A model generated the notes under the pieces. That model worked only from the letters and a program-made list of their open reading frames with translations, had not been told where the DNA came from and did not search any database. From an uncultured Aquificales bacterium (GTDB lineage Bacteria; Thermosulfidibacterota; Thermosulfidibacteria; Thermosulfidibacterales; Thermosulfidibacteraceae), in assembly GCA_964411615.1 (NCBI GenBank), contig CAYPLO010000001.1, positions 7,508 to 71,507 on the forward strand: 64,000 bases of DNA, read 5' to 3'. This document shows, one piece after another, positions 37,983-47,654 of the stretch; position 1 is the stretch's first letter, and each line of letters starts with the position of its first letter. A program made the translations under genes and the position numbers.

Positions 37983-38919
37983 TGCGTCAACACTCGGCGA
38001 TGATGTGAGCCTTGATGAGTTCAAAAGGTTCGGTGAGCTTGAGGTCTACCCATTAACCCTTCCTGAGGAGAGGGTTGAGCGTGTCTCTGGTGCGGATGTT
38101 GTGGTCACCAACAAGGTGGTGATAGATGCTGAGGTTATGGATGCTGCACCCTCTCTCAGGCTCATATGCGTTGCGGCAACGGGCTACAACAATGTGGATG
38201 TGGAGGCTGCAAGGGAGAGGGGAATAGCCGTATGTAATGTGGCTGGCTACTCAACTAAAAGCGTGGTTGAGCACACCTTCTCCATGCTCTTCTATCTTCT
38301 GAGGCAGCTCTCCTACTACGATGGTTATGTCAAAGGTGGAGGGTATGCCAGAAGTCCCATATTCACCCATCTTGCCAGACCCTTCTGGGAGATAGGGGGC
38401 AAGAGGTGGGGGATTATAGGCCTTGGCACCATAGGAAGAGAGGTGGCCAAGGTGGCCACATCCTTCGGCTGTGAAGTTGTCTATTTTTCAACCTCCGGGG
38501 TGGACAGAGAGGAGCCCTATCCTAAGGTCCCTCTGGAGGAGCTCATGGCCACTTCCGATGTGGTCTCCATCCATGCCCCTTTGAACGATAGAACCAAGGG
38601 GCTCATAAATCTTGAGATGCTCAGGCTCATGAAGCCCACAGCCATACTGCTCAATCTGGGCAGAGGCGGTATCGTTGTGGAGAAGGACCTCGCCGTTGCC
38701 CTTGATGAGGGAAGACCCTTTGCGGCGGGCCTTGATGTGCTGGAGAGGGAGCCTATAGATGCGGACAATCCCCTGCTCAGGATTAAGGAGCCCTGGAGGC
38801 TGCTTATAACCCCGCATATAGCCTGGGCCAGCGTTGAGGCCAGAAGGCGCCTTGTTAAGGAGATATACCTGAATATAGAGGCCTTCTTGAGGGGAGAGAG
38901 GAGAAACAGGATAGTGTGA
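37963..38919 (+). CDS. D-isomer-specific 2-hydroxyacid dehydrogenase (glycerate/hydroxypyruvate reductase-like)
   Basis: ORF 37927..38919 trimmed to ATG 37963. Rossmann motif WGIIGLGTIGREVAKV. Motifs SIHAPLNDRTKGLIN, NLGRGGIV and ITPHIAWAS. Confidence 0.82.
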   Translation: MRVVFLDASTLGDDVSLDEFKRFGELEVYPLTLPEERVERVSGADVVVTNKVVIDAEVMDAAPSLRLICVAATGYNNVDVEAARERGIAVCNVAGYSTKSVVEHTFSMLFYLLRQLSYYDGYVKGGGYARSPIFTHLARPFWEIGGKRWGIIGLGTIGREVAKVATSFGCEVVYFSTSGVDREEPYPKVPLEELMATSDVVSIHAPLNDRTKGLINLEMLRLMKPTAILLNLGRGGIVVEKDLAVALDEGRPFAAGLDVLEREPIDADNPLLRIKEPWRLLITPHIAWASVEARRRLVKEIYLNIEAFLRGERRNRIV

Positions 38920-38927
38920 GGTGTGCT

Positions 38928-39392
38928 ATGGATGTGGGGGATAAGGCCTTTGAGTTTTGCCTGCCAGATGCTGAAGGTAAAGAGGTCTGTCTCAGGGACT
39001 TCAGGGGCAGGTGGGTGGTTCTCTATTTTTACCCCAAGGACAACACCCCTGGATGCACCACCGAGGCCCTTGAGTTCACCCAGCTCCTTGACGAGTTTGA
39101 TAAGCTGAACGCTGTTGTTGTGGGGGTGAGCAAGGACTCCGTTGAGAGCCACAGAAGGTTTGTCCAGAAGCACGGGCTGAGGGTTATACTGCTTTCCGAT
39201 ACCGAGAGGAAGGTGATTGAGGCCTACGGTGTGTGGCAGCTGAAGAAGCGCTACGGCCGTGAGAGCTACGGGGTTGTGAGAAGCACCTTCCTCATAGACC
39301 CTGAGGGCAGGATAGCCCACGTGTGGAGGAACGTCAGGGCAAAGGGGCATGCGGCCAAGGTGCTTGAGAGGCTGAAAGAGCTCGCTTCATGA
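38928..39392 (+). CDS. bcp: thiol peroxidase Bcp (peroxiredoxin Q type)
   Basis: GDKAFEFCLPDAEGKEVCLRDFRGRWVVLYFYPKDNTPGCTTEA (peroxidatic Cys motif), then GVSKDSVESHRRF. Start trimmed from 38916 to ATG 38928. Confidence 0.88.
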   Translation: MDVGDKAFEFCLPDAEGKEVCLRDFRGRWVVLYFYPKDNTPGCTTEALEFTQLLDEFDKLNAVVVGVSKDSVESHRRFVQKHGLRVILLSDTERKVIEAYGVWQLKKRYGRESYGVVRSTFLIDPEGRIAHVWRNVRAKGHAAKVLERLKELAS

Positions 39393-40456
39393 AGGTCCTG
39401 GTTGTCGCCGCTGAGGAGTCTGCCTCCATACACGCCCTTGGTATCATACGGCATCTCAGAAAGATGGGGAATTACAGCTTCTGGGGGGTGGGTTCTTCTA
39501 TCCTTGATGAAGTCATGGATGTGGTCATCCCCTCAGAGGAGCTCTCCTTTGTGGGGTTTGAGGAGCCCCTGAGGGTGGCACGTATAGTTAGGGCCTACCT
39601 CACCCTGAAAAGGCTTGCCAGGGAGAGCGATGCCCTTCTGCTTTTTGACTACCCCGGCATGAATCTCCGTCTGGCCTCTTACGCTAAGGGGCTGGGCAAA
39701 AGGGTGTGCTACTACGTTGCTCCTCAGGTCTGGGCCTGGGGCAGGTGGAGGATAAGAAAGATAAAGAAGGCTGTTGACGCCTTGGCCTGCCTTTTCCCCT
39801 TTGAGGAGCCCTTTTTCAGGTCTTACGGGGTGAATGCCAGGTTCTTCGGCCATCCATTGGTGGATAGACTCCTTCCCTACAGGTCCTCCGAGAGGAGGTG
39901 GCTTCTGCTGCTTCCGGGCTCCAGAAACAGCGAGGTTGCATCCCTTCTTCCCCTGATGGTTGAGGCGGCAGAGCCCTTCCACAAAAGGGGGATACCCGTT
40001 GCTCTGGTGAGGGCCCAATCTGTCAGCGAATCCCTCTACAGTGCCCCTCCCTGGGTGGAGGTGGTGTCCTTTGAGGAGAGATACACCGTTATGGGAGAGG
40101 GGCTTGTGGCTGTTGCGGCATCGGGGACCGCCACCTTGGAGCTTGCCCTGCTTGAGGTTCCCACCGTTGTGGTCTACAGGGTATCTCCTCTGTCCTGGTT
40201 TCTGGGGAGGAGGCTTGTGAAGGTGGACTTTCTCAGTATAGTGAACATACTCCTCGGCAGGGAGGTGTTCCCTGAGCTTCTTCAGGACAGATGTGTTCCT
40301 GGGGCCGTTGCGGAGGCCATAGGCTGTCTGCTGAACCCCAAGGTCAGGCGGGGGATTGTTGAGTCGGTGTCTGCCCTTGAGACCCTACTCAAGGGGGAGA
40401 GACCTTACATGAGGGCTGCGGAGTTCTTCCATGAGGTTATATCTGAGGCTTCTTAA
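39389..40456 (+). CDS. lpxB: lipid-A-disaccharide synthase LpxB
   Basis: ATGA overlap with bcp. Motifs [41 protein letters not shown] and [23 protein letters not shown]. Confidence 0.88.
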   Translation: MKVLVVAAEESASIHALGIIRHLRKMGNYSFWGVGSSILDEVMDVVIPSEELSFVGFEEPLRVARIVRAYLTLKRLARESDALLLFDYPGMNLRLASYAKGLGKRVCYYVAPQVWAWGRWRIRKIKKAVDALACLFPFEEPFFRSYGVNARFFGHPLVDRLLPYRSSERRWLLLLPGSRNSEVASLLPLMVEAAEPFHKRGIPVALVRAQSVSESLYSAPPWVEVVSFEERYTVMGEGLVAVAASGTATLELALLEVPTVVVYRVSPLSWFLGRRLVKVDFLSIVNILLGREVFPELLQDRCVPGAVAEAIGCLLNPKVRRGIVESVSALETLLKGERPYMRAAEFFHEVISEAS

Positions 40457-42164
40457 GGAGTATCTCCTCCCCCACTGGTTTCTGGTGGCTGTGGCGCTGT
40501 TCTGTGCCCTTGTGGTGGCGGCAACCCACGGGGCCACGGCGTGGCTTGTGAAGCCCCTTATGGACAAGATTTTCATAGCCAAAGACAGGTACATGCTGAA
40601 GCTCATCCCTGCAGTCATTGTGGGGCTTTACACTGTTAAGGGGCTGGCCAGATTCTCCCAGAACTACATAATGAAGTACGTCAGCCAGCTCATGATTATG
40701 CGCATCAGGATAGACCTCTACCGGAAGCTTCAGGGCATGAGCTACGCCTTCTTGAAGAGCAGCAGGACGGGGGAGCTTGTATCAAGGATACTCAACGATG
40801 TTGGGGTTGTAAAAAAGGCAAATGTCTCGCTGATAAGGAACTGCATAAGGCAGGTCTTCACCCTCATCGCCCTGCTTGTGGTGCTCTTCAGGAGGGACTG
40901 GCAGCTTGCCTCCATCTCCCTTGTGGTTATGCCCGCCATGGGACTTGTCGCCTACAGGGTGGGAAGGTCCATGAAGAAGGTCTCAAGGAGACAGCAGAAG
41001 AAGATGGCGGATATCTCGGGGATACTCATAGAGGGATTCACGGGGGCCAAGGTTATAAAGACCTTCAACGCCGAGGATAAGGAGGTGGACAGGTTCACCA
41101 GGGAGATGAGGAAGCTTCTTAAGCTCAACATGAAGGGGGTTATTCTCAAGGAGGTGAACGCCCCACTGGTTGAGCTTCTCGGTGCCCTTGCCGCATCTGT
41201 GATAATCTATGTGGGCGGCATGAGGGTGGTTAATGGCCTTCTCACACCGGGAGATTTCTTCTCCTTTATGGCTGCCCTCATGATGATGTACGACCCCATA
41301 ACCAAGCTCTCCAAGGTGAACGCAGACCTCAACTCCGCCATAGCTGCGGCGGAGAGGATTTACCAGTTCCTTGATATGGAGGAGGACCTGAAGGACGCAC
41401 CCGACGCCGTTGAGAAGAGGGAGTTTACCAGGAGTATCATCTACAGGGATGTGTGGTTCAGGTACCCCGATGCAGAGCCCCACGAGTGGGTGCTCAAGGG
41501 GGTCAACCTCAGGATAGATAAGGGGGATGTGGTTGCCGTTGTTGGAGCGAGCGGTTCTGGCAAGACAACCCTTGTGGATTTGCTTCCCAGGCTCTACGAC
41601 CCCACGAAGGGTGCCATATACATGGATGGCGTTGATATAAGGAGGATAAGGCTCAGAGACCTGAGAGCCCTGATAAGTGTGGTTAGCCAGGATGTGGTTC
41701 TCTTCAACGATACGGTCTTTAACAACATACTGTACGGAAGGCCCGACGCCACTGAGGAGGAGGTTATAGAGGCGGCAAAACTCGCCAATGCCCATGATTT
41801 CATCCTCTCCCTGCCAGAGGGGTACAATACCGTTGTTGGGGATAGGGGGTTAAGGCTCTCTGGAGGGGAGAAGCAGCGCATCTCCATTGCCAGGGCCTTT
41901 CTCAAGAACGCCCCCATCCTCATACTGGATGAGGCCACCTCTGCCCTTGATGCTGAGAGCGAGATGCAGGTCAAGGAGGCCCTATACAGGCTTATAGAGG
42001 GCAAGACGGTGATAATCATAGCCCACAGGCTCGCCACCGTTGTTGATGCCCACAGGATATACGTCCTTGAGGACGGCAGGATAGTGGAGGAGGGGACCCA
42101 CTCTGAACTCATGCAGAGGGGAGGAGTCTACAGCAGGCTATGCCAGCTGCAGTGCATATCTTGA
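40431..42164 (+). CDS. msbA: lipid A export ABC transporter permease/ATPase MsbA
   Basis: Six-TM domain plus NBD: Walker [10 protein letters not shown], signature [14 protein letters not shown], Walker [13 protein letters not shown]. Position after lpxB. Confidence 0.85.
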   Translation: MRLYLRLLKEYLLPHWFLVAVALFCALVVAATHGATAWLVKPLMDKIFIAKDRYMLKLIPAVIVGLYTVKGLARFSQNYIMKYVSQLMIMRIRIDLYRKLQGMSYAFLKSSRTGELVSRILNDVGVVKKANVSLIRNCIRQVFTLIALLVVLFRRDWQLASISLVVMPAMGLVAYRVGRSMKKVSRRQQKKMADISGILIEGFTGAKVIKTFNAEDKEVDRFTREMRKLLKLNMKGVILKEVNAPLVELLGALAASVIIYVGGMRVVNGLLTPGDFFSFMAALMMMYDPITKLSKVNADLNSAIAAAERIYQFLDMEEDLKDAPDAVEKREFTRSIIYRDVWFRYPDAEPHEWVLKGVNLRIDKGDVVAVVGASGSGKTTLVDLLPRLYDPTKGAIYMDGVDIRRIRLRDLRALISVVSQDVVLFNDTVFNNILYGRPDATEEEVIEAAKLANAHDFILSLPEGYNTVVGDRGLRLSGGEKQRISIARAFLKNAPILILDEATSALDAESEMQVKEALYRLIEGKTVIIIAHRLATVVDAHRIYVLEDGRIVEEGTHSELMQRGGVYSRLCQLQCIS

Positions 42165-42808
42165 GGTGGAAGGAGTTGCTTCCCACCCTTGCAGGTGTTT
42201 TGGTGCCCCCTGTAGCTGCCCTCTACATGCGGACCCTCCGTATAGAGCTGGTTAACGATGGAGTTATAGACAAGCTTAAGGGGGAACACGGGGGCTTTCT
42301 CTGCGCCTTCTGGCACAACCGCATGCTTCCCCTCATATGGGTGAAGAGGCATCAGGGTGTGGCGGCCCTTGTGAGTCCCAGCAGGGATGGGGAGATTGTG
42401 GCCAGGATACTCAGCAGATTCGGTTACCACGTTGTGAGAGGCTCCACCTACAAGCAACCTGTGGCGGGGGCCAAGGCTGTGGTGAGGCTTCTAAGGGAGG
42501 GTAGGATTGTGGCGGTGATTCCCGACGGCCCCAGGGGACCCGTCTACACCGTCTCCCCAGGCGTTGTGGCCCTGGCCCGTCTCTCAGGTAGCCCCATACT
42601 CCCTGCCAGCTGCATGTACTCGGACTACTGGGAGCTGAACAGCTGGGACATGTTCATGATACCCAAGCCCTTCTCCCAGGTGGTTGTGGGCTTTGGTGAC
42701 CCTCTGTTTGTGAAAAGGGATGAGGACCTGCACCATGCAGCCGTAAGGCTCAGAAAGGCCCTCTTCGCCCTTGAAAGGAGGTTGTGGGAGGAGTTAAAAA
42801 GGTTCTGA
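42140..42808 (+). CDS. DUF374 / lysophospholipid-acyltransferase-like protein of LPS gene clusters
   Basis: Motifs [29 protein letters not shown] and PDGPRGP match the DUF374 pattern. Typical neighbour of msbA/kdtA. Confidence 0.7.
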   Translation: MPAAVHILRWKELLPTLAGVLVPPVAALYMRTLRIELVNDGVIDKLKGEHGGFLCAFWHNRMLPLIWVKRHQGVAALVSPSRDGEIVARILSRFGYHVVRGSTYKQPVAGAKAVVRLLREGRIVAVIPDGPRGPVYTVSPGVVALARLSGSPILPASCMYSDYWELNSWDMFMIPKPFSQVVVGFGDPLFVKRDEDLHHAAVRLRKALFALERRLWEELKRF

Positions 42809-42828
42809 CCAACTGGGGAGGTGAGGGT

Positions 42829-43098
42829 ATGAGCCATCTTCATCTTGAGAACATAAAGCCGGTGAGAGCCTTCTTCCAGAAGCTCCAGAAACTCTACCCT
42901 GCTCCCTGGCACCACCACGAGGTGAGGGTGCAGGGGAAGGACGGCAGGGAGTACAAGATATTCATCCCCGAGGGCCGTCCCGACATGATAGCCGTCACCA
43001 CAGAGGGGGTTTATGAGGTCTTTGAGGAGATAGAGGAGGCCTGCAGGTTCCTTAAGGAGAAGGTTGGGTTAAGCCTCCTTCCTCCAGAGTGTAAGTGA
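42829..43098 (+). CDS. hypothetical small protein (89 aa)
   Basis: ORF 42784..43098 trimmed to ATG 42829 (GGGGAGGTGAGGG upstream). No recognisable motif. 4-nt overlap with the next gene suggests co-translation. Confidence 0.45.
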   Translation: MSHLHLENIKPVRAFFQKLQKLYPAPWHHHEVRVQGKDGREYKIFIPEGRPDMIAVTTEGVYEVFEEIEEACRFLKEKVGLSLLPPECK

Positions 43099-43925
43099 GA
43101 GAGAAGAAGGCGCTCTTTCTCCTTCTGGCGCTGGTATTTGTTGGAGTCCTTTTGTGCCTGAAGGTTGAAAGGAGGGAGCGTCTTAAGCTCCTCTACCGTT
43201 CCCCTTCGGATTATAACGGCATACTTCCCGTAAGGTGCGATTCTGTGGTTCCGGTGATTTACAGAAGGATACCCTGCCTCGCCCCTGTTCCCGTTGCCAA
43301 GCGAAAGAGGCTCTTCATCTGGATGGTGCTTCCCGCCGTTCTGGTGGAGAACCACAGGATATCCAGACTCAGAGAGAGGCTCATGGAGATTAAAGACAGG
43401 ATGGAGGATGGAAGCCTTTCGGAGGAGGATGAGGCCTTTCTCAGGAGGCTCTGCCTGAAGTACAGGGCGAGGACCATAGATGAGCTGCTGTACAAGGTTG
43501 CCCCTGTTCCTCCGGGTCTTGCCATAGCCCAGGCGGCTATAGAGACGGGCTGGGGCACATCCCGCTTCTTCTGTCAGGCCAACAACCTATTTGGTGAGTG
43601 GAGCTTTTCGGGTAAGGGCATAAAGGCCAAGGAGTCCAGTGCCAGGTTGAAGGTCTTTCCGGATATACTGGCTTCGGTGAGGTCCTACTTCTACAACCTG
43701 AATGCGGGATGGGCCTATGAGGGATTCCGTATGGCCAGGGCCAGAAATCCCTCAAGCCTCGCTCTTGTGAAGCATCTTGAGAAGTACTCCATACTGGGTA
43801 AGGAGTACGTGAGACGCCTTGAGAGGGTGATAAAGGGGAACCGCCTTGATGAGTACGACAGCTGCAAGATTGATTCTGACTATATCCTTTCTGATTATCA
43901 TCTGCGCCTCTCCTGTCCATTCTGA
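43095..43925 (+). CDS. Bax-like membrane-anchored glucosaminidase-domain protein (mannosyl-glycoprotein endo-beta-N-acetylglucosaminidase fold)
   Basis: N-terminal TM anchor. LAIAQAAIETGWGTSRFFCQANNLFGEW is the glucosaminidase/FlgJ-C-terminal type catalytic region. Length and layout resemble E. coli Bax. Confidence 0.72.
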   Translation: MREKKALFLLLALVFVGVLLCLKVERRERLKLLYRSPSDYNGILPVRCDSVVPVIYRRIPCLAPVPVAKRKRLFIWMVLPAVLVENHRISRLRERLMEIKDRMEDGSLSEEDEAFLRRLCLKYRARTIDELLYKVAPVPPGLAIAQAAIETGWGTSRFFCQANNLFGEWSFSGKGIKAKESSARLKVFPDILASVRSYFYNLNAGWAYEGFRMARARNPSSLALVKHLEKYSILGKEYVRRLERVIKGNRLDEYDSCKIDSDYILSDYHLRLSCPF

Positions 43926-44829
43926 TACGGGATACGGCGTGGTTCTGCTTTACCACAGGTTCGGCGATGCCCGGTATCCCACAACCTCTGTCTCCATTGA
44001 GGACTTCAGGTTTCAGATGGAGTACCTTAAGAGGGCCGGCTTCAGGGTGGTCTCCCTTGGTGAGTTTCTGGGCTACCTTAAAAGGGGGAGGTTTCCGGGC
44101 AAAGTTGCGCTAATCACCATAGACGATGGATACAAGAGCACCTTAAAGGCCTTTGAGGTGCTTAAAGAGTACAACTACCCCTTCCTTCTGTTTCTCTACA
44201 TGGAGGCCTTCAACAGGTATCCCGATTTCCTCACCCTTGAGGACGTTAGGATGATGCTCAAATCTGGCCTTGTCTCCTTAGGACTTCACTCCTACTCCCA
44301 CTTCCGCCTCAGTGCTCTGCCCTCTGCTGAGAGGGAATCCTTTGTTGAGAGGGATACTTTGAAGGCCCTGGCCCGCTTTAAGAAGCTGTTCGGCTTTTAT
44401 CCTAAGGTTTACTCCTATCCTTACGGCGAGTACTCAAGGGATATTGTGAGCTTTATCTCATCCCGTTTTGATGCCGCCTTCACCCAGGACCTGGGGACGG
44501 TGGATAACTGCACCTCACCTTACCTTGTGCCCAGGATACCTGTGGTTGGAAGCTGGAGCAGGCCTGAGGTCTTCGTGAGGCTTCTCAGGCTGAGGCCCCT
44601 GTGCATCAGAGGCTACCCCTACGGCTTTGTACCGGGGAGGCTGAGACTCAGGCTTGGTTTACCTCATGGCTTCAGGAACTGCTACCTCTACACCACCCAT
44701 ACCGGATGGAGGAGGATGGAGTGGGCTTCTGAGGTTACACTCAACATAACCGGAAAGGAGAGGATAGGTGTAAAGTGTATTAAAGATGGAATGGTCTATC
44801 AGAGGCTATGGCTTGTGATTCCAGAATGA
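43846..44829 (+). CDS. secreted polysaccharide deacetylase (NodB-homology, PgaB-like)
   Basis: Signal peptide MMSTTAARLILTISFLIIICASPVHS. Motifs VVLLYHRFGD, ITIDDGYKS and HSYSH. Overlaps the previous ORF by 80 nt. Confidence 0.65.
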   Translation: MMSTTAARLILTISFLIIICASPVHSDTGYGVVLLYHRFGDARYPTTSVSIEDFRFQMEYLKRAGFRVVSLGEFLGYLKRGRFPGKVALITIDDGYKSTLKAFEVLKEYNYPFLLFLYMEAFNRYPDFLTLEDVRMMLKSGLVSLGLHSYSHFRLSALPSAERESFVERDTLKALARFKKLFGFYPKVYSYPYGEYSRDIVSFISSRFDAAFTQDLGTVDNCTSPYLVPRIPVVGSWSRPEVFVRLLRLRPLCIRGYPYGFVPGRLRLRLGLPHGFRNCYLYTTHTGWRRMEWASEVTLNITGKERIGVKCIKDGMVYQRLWLVIPE

Positions 44830-45545
44830 AGAACGTGGCCGTTGTTCTGGTTGAGCCCAAGTTCTCTGAGAACGTTGGGGCTGTGGCCAGGCTCTGTGCC
44901 AATTTCGGGGTGGATGAGCTTATAGTGGTAAACCCTGTGAATTTTGACCTGGACAGGGCCTACAGCATGGCAACAAGAGTTGGAAGGCAGATTCTTGACA
45001 GGATGAGGGTCCTTAGGGAGCTTGATGAGGCCCTGGGGGATTTCGGGTATGTGGTGGGCACCACCGCCAGGGTATCTGCATCAAGGAAGGTTTACAGAAC
45101 CTTGCCCCAGGCGGCTCCTGAAATCTCATCCCTTGCCTTACGCAACAGGGTGGCCCTGCTCTTTGGTAATGAGAGATGGGGACTCACCAACAGTCAGCTT
45201 GCCCTCTGCCACGAGGTTATAACCATACCCACCCGTGAAGGGTCCTCCATGAACCTCTCCCATGCGGTGGCTGTGGTGCTCTATCAGCTCTATATCCTTG
45301 AGGGGAAGGTCAAGCTTCCCTCCCGGCCTCTGGCCAGGGTTGAGGAGCTGAAGGTCATGTTCGGCTACCTTGAGAAGGCCTGCAGGGCCTTAGGCTACAT
45401 CCCTCCGGGAGACAGGGACGACTGGATGGCCAACATAAGGGAGATGTTCTTAAGGATACGCCTTTCCCGGAGGGAGGTTAAGATGGTCATAGGCTTCTGT
45501 AAGCGTGTTATTGAGCGTTTGCAAATTGAAAAACGAGGTTTTTAA
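44826..45545 (+). CDS. SpoU/TrmH-class RNA 2'-O-methyltransferase, TrmJ-like
   Basis: ORF 44808..45545 trimmed to ATG 44826 (ATGA overlap). Motifs VVLVEPKFSENVGAVARLCANFG, LLFGNERWGLTN and IPTREGSSMNLSHAVAVVLY. Confidence 0.8.
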   Translation: MKNVAVVLVEPKFSENVGAVARLCANFGVDELIVVNPVNFDLDRAYSMATRVGRQILDRMRVLRELDEALGDFGYVVGTTARVSASRKVYRTLPQAAPEISSLALRNRVALLFGNERWGLTNSQLALCHEVITIPTREGSSMNLSHAVAVVLYQLYILEGKVKLPSRPLARVEELKVMFGYLEKACRALGYIPPGDRDDWMANIREMFLRIRLSRREVKMVIGFCKRVIERLQIEKRGF

Positions 45546-45570
45546 GTGAATGATATCGCTTTATGGCCTG

Positions 45571-45599
45571 TTGACATTATTGAAACTTAATCGTAAAAT
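45571..45599 (+). promoter_or_regulatory. sigma70-type promoter for sorAB-mobB (TTGACA-N17-TAAAAT)
   Basis: TTGACA at 45571-45576 and TAAAAT at 45594-45599. Consensus -35, near-consensus -10, optimal spacer. About 35 nt leader to the GGAGG and GTG 45638. Confidence 0.6.
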
Positions 45600-45637
45600 G
45601 AAAAGAAAACAAAAGTTCTTTGCTTGGAGGCAACGCT

Positions 45638-46870
45638 GTGGACAGGAGGGAGTTTATTAAGTGGGCTGGAGCCGTGACTGTGTCCCTCAGCATGGCTCCT
45701 GGTGTGTTCAAGGCTTACGCCAGGGGTACTCCTCCGGCAAACGAGATTATCAAGGGCAAGGTTCCTGAGATGATTGTTCATAATGCCAAGTTTGGTGTCA
45801 TGGAGACTCCGCTTCACCTACTCAGGAGGTACGAGCATACCCCCAAGAGCATCCTGTACGTCAGGAACCACTTCCCCTTGTCGGAGATGGGGGCCAAGTT
45901 CGCTACCACAGAGCCTTTGGAAGACGACAACTGGAGGGTGCGCATAGGCGGGCTTGTGGGTCGCCCTGGGGTTATCACCGTGGGTGAGCTGAAGAAGATG
46001 GATATGGTGGAGGTCACAGCTGTTCTTCAGTGTTCCGGTAATGGCCGTAGCTTCTTCGCTAAGAAGGCCAAGACCCCAGGCTCCCAGTGGAAGCACGGGG
46101 GTATGGGAAATGTGGTTTGGAAGGGTGTTCCTCTAAAAGAGGTTTTTAGGAGACTTGCTGTGGAGTATGACAAGAGCGCCAGATATATAACCGCCGATGG
46201 TGCGGACAGGCCCTTCACCCCACGGGGTTCCGACTTTATACATAGCCTGCCGCTACAGGATGTATTGAACAGAGCCATTCTGGCCCTTGAGATGAATGGA
46301 GAGCCCATCCCGGCCTGTCACGGTGGACCTGTTCGCCTTGTTATACCTGGCTACTACGGCACCATGCAGATAAAGTGGCTGACCAACATCTACATAACGG
46401 ATAAGGAGTCTCCCTCTTACTTCCAGCAGCATGCCTACAGGGTTCCCTTAAATCCGGTTGAGCCTGGGGAGATGTCTCCCTCCGAATTCAACCAGTTCAA
46501 CAGCAGGCCCAACTGGAATATGAAGGTCAAATCTGTTATCTTCTCACCCCTTGATGGTGAGACCGTGAGAGCCGGCAGGGTTAAGGTTAAAGGGGTGGCC
46601 TTCAACGACGGTATGGCTCCGATTAGTGAGGTCTTTGTCTCCGTTGATAGGGGTAAGAGCTGGAGGCTTGCCAGGATAACCAGGAGTGATGGCCCTTACT
46701 CCTGGTATTTCTGGGAGGCTGAGGTGCATCTACCGACCGGAAGCCATCAAATATGGTCAAGGGCTGTTGATGCATGGGGGCGTTCCCAGCCCCTTGATGG
46801 TAATGCCCTGTGGAATCCCAAGGGTTACGAGTGGAACGGTACCGACAAGATTACCGTCAAAGCAGTGTAA
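45638..46870 (+). CDS. sorA: periplasmic sulfite-oxidase-family molybdoenzyme (SorA-like sulfite dehydrogenase catalytic subunit)
   Basis: ORF 45620..46870 trimmed to GTG 45638 (GGAGG 8 nt upstream). Tat motif DRREFIKW. Molybdenum-ligand Cys motif LQCSGNGRSFF. C-terminal Moco-dimerisation domain. Confidence 0.78.
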   Translation: MDRREFIKWAGAVTVSLSMAPGVFKAYARGTPPANEIIKGKVPEMIVHNAKFGVMETPLHLLRRYEHTPKSILYVRNHFPLSEMGAKFATTEPLEDDNWRVRIGGLVGRPGVITVGELKKMDMVEVTAVLQCSGNGRSFFAKKAKTPGSQWKHGGMGNVVWKGVPLKEVFRRLAVEYDKSARYITADGADRPFTPRGSDFIHSLPLQDVLNRAILALEMNGEPIPACHGGPVRLVIPGYYGTMQIKWLTNIYITDKESPSYFQQHAYRVPLNPVEPGEMSPSEFNQFNSRPNWNMKVKSVIFSPLDGETVRAGRVKVKGVAFNDGMAPISEVFVSVDRGKSWRLARITRSDGPYSWYFWEAEVHLPTGSHQIWSRAVDAWGRSQPLDGNALWNPKGYEWNGTDKITVKAV

Positions 46871-46886
46871 ACTGTAGGAGGGTGTT

Positions 46887-47180
46887 ATGCTGAGGCGTAT
46901 GGTTGTGGTTTTGGCGGTGGCCATTTTTAGCGCATCCTTTGGGCTGGTCTCCTTTGCCCAGGAGCTGCCCAAAGGACCGGGGGCTGAGCTGGTGTACAAG
47001 AAGTGTCAGACCTGCCACGATATCCAGTACGTTATTGATTCTAAGGGCATATCCAGGAAGCAGTGGCATTCCATAATCCAGGAGATGAAGAGTAACGGGC
47101 TTCAGATTACCCCTGAGGAGGAGAAGCGGCTCCTTGACTATCTTTCCAACTACATGGGACCGGAATCCTCCAAGAAGTAA
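46887..47180 (+). CDS. sorB: monohaem c-type cytochrome (SorB-like electron acceptor)
   Basis: Signal peptide, single CQTCH, 97 aa, GGAGGG SD. Immediately downstream of the sulfite-oxidase-family gene. Confidence 0.7.
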   Translation: MLRRMVVVLAVAIFSASFGLVSFAQELPKGPGAELVYKKCQTCHDIQYVIDSKGISRKQWHSIIQEMKSNGLQITPEEEKRLLDYLSNYMGPESSKK

Positions 47181-47654
47181 ATGGGAAGGGTTCTGGTCTT
47201 CTGCGGCCCTCATAACTCTGGAAAGACCACCCTCATAAGGAGGGTGGTCCCTCTACTGGTTCAATCTGGGCTTTCAGTGTCCCTGGTCAAACTCACCAAG
47301 CACAGGGGGATTTTTGAGGATGAGGGCAAGGATACCACCTTCTTTCTAAGGCTTCCATCAGAGGAGGTGGTTCTGGTCTCCCCTGACAAGACCGCCTTTC
47401 TTGTGAAGGAGCCTTTGAGCCTTGAGGATGTTGTTGATAGACTTTCGGCGGATGTGGTTATCTGCGAGGGTTTCAGGCAGTCTCCCTACAGAAAGATAGC
47501 CGTTTACAGGGCCTTTGATGCCGACTACTGGAGTGAAGTTGAGGGGGTTGTTGCCGCTGTAACCCCCTCTAAGGCTCCCAACCCCTGGGGGGTGCCTCAG
47601 TTCTCTCCTGGGAATGTGGAGGAGATTGCTAAGTTCATACTGGAGAAAGTATGA
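47181..47654 (+). CDS. mobB: molybdopterin-guanine dinucleotide biosynthesis adapter MobB
   Basis: VLVFCGPHNSGKTTLIRRV P-loop at the N-terminus, 157 aa. Start codon directly abuts the sorB stop. Confidence 0.78.
   Translation: MGRVLVFCGPHNSGKTTLIRRVVPLLVQSGLSVSLVKLTKHRGIFEDEGKDTTFFLRLPSEEVVLVSPDKTAFLVKEPLSLEDVVDRLSADVVICEGFRQSPYRKIAVYRAFDADYWSEVEGVVAAVTPSKAPNPWGVPQFSPGNVEEIAKFILEKV

Noticed and set aside
43846-43925. The 80-nt overlap between the Bax-like ORF and the deacetylase ORF, read as evidence of a frameshifted pseudogene.
   Set aside because: Both frames look complete. The Bax-like protein has a normal length of about 275 aa, and the deacetylase begins with a convincing signal peptide inside the overlap. 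Sequence alone gives no sign of a disrupted domain, so I treated it as a genuine overlap (confidence moderate).
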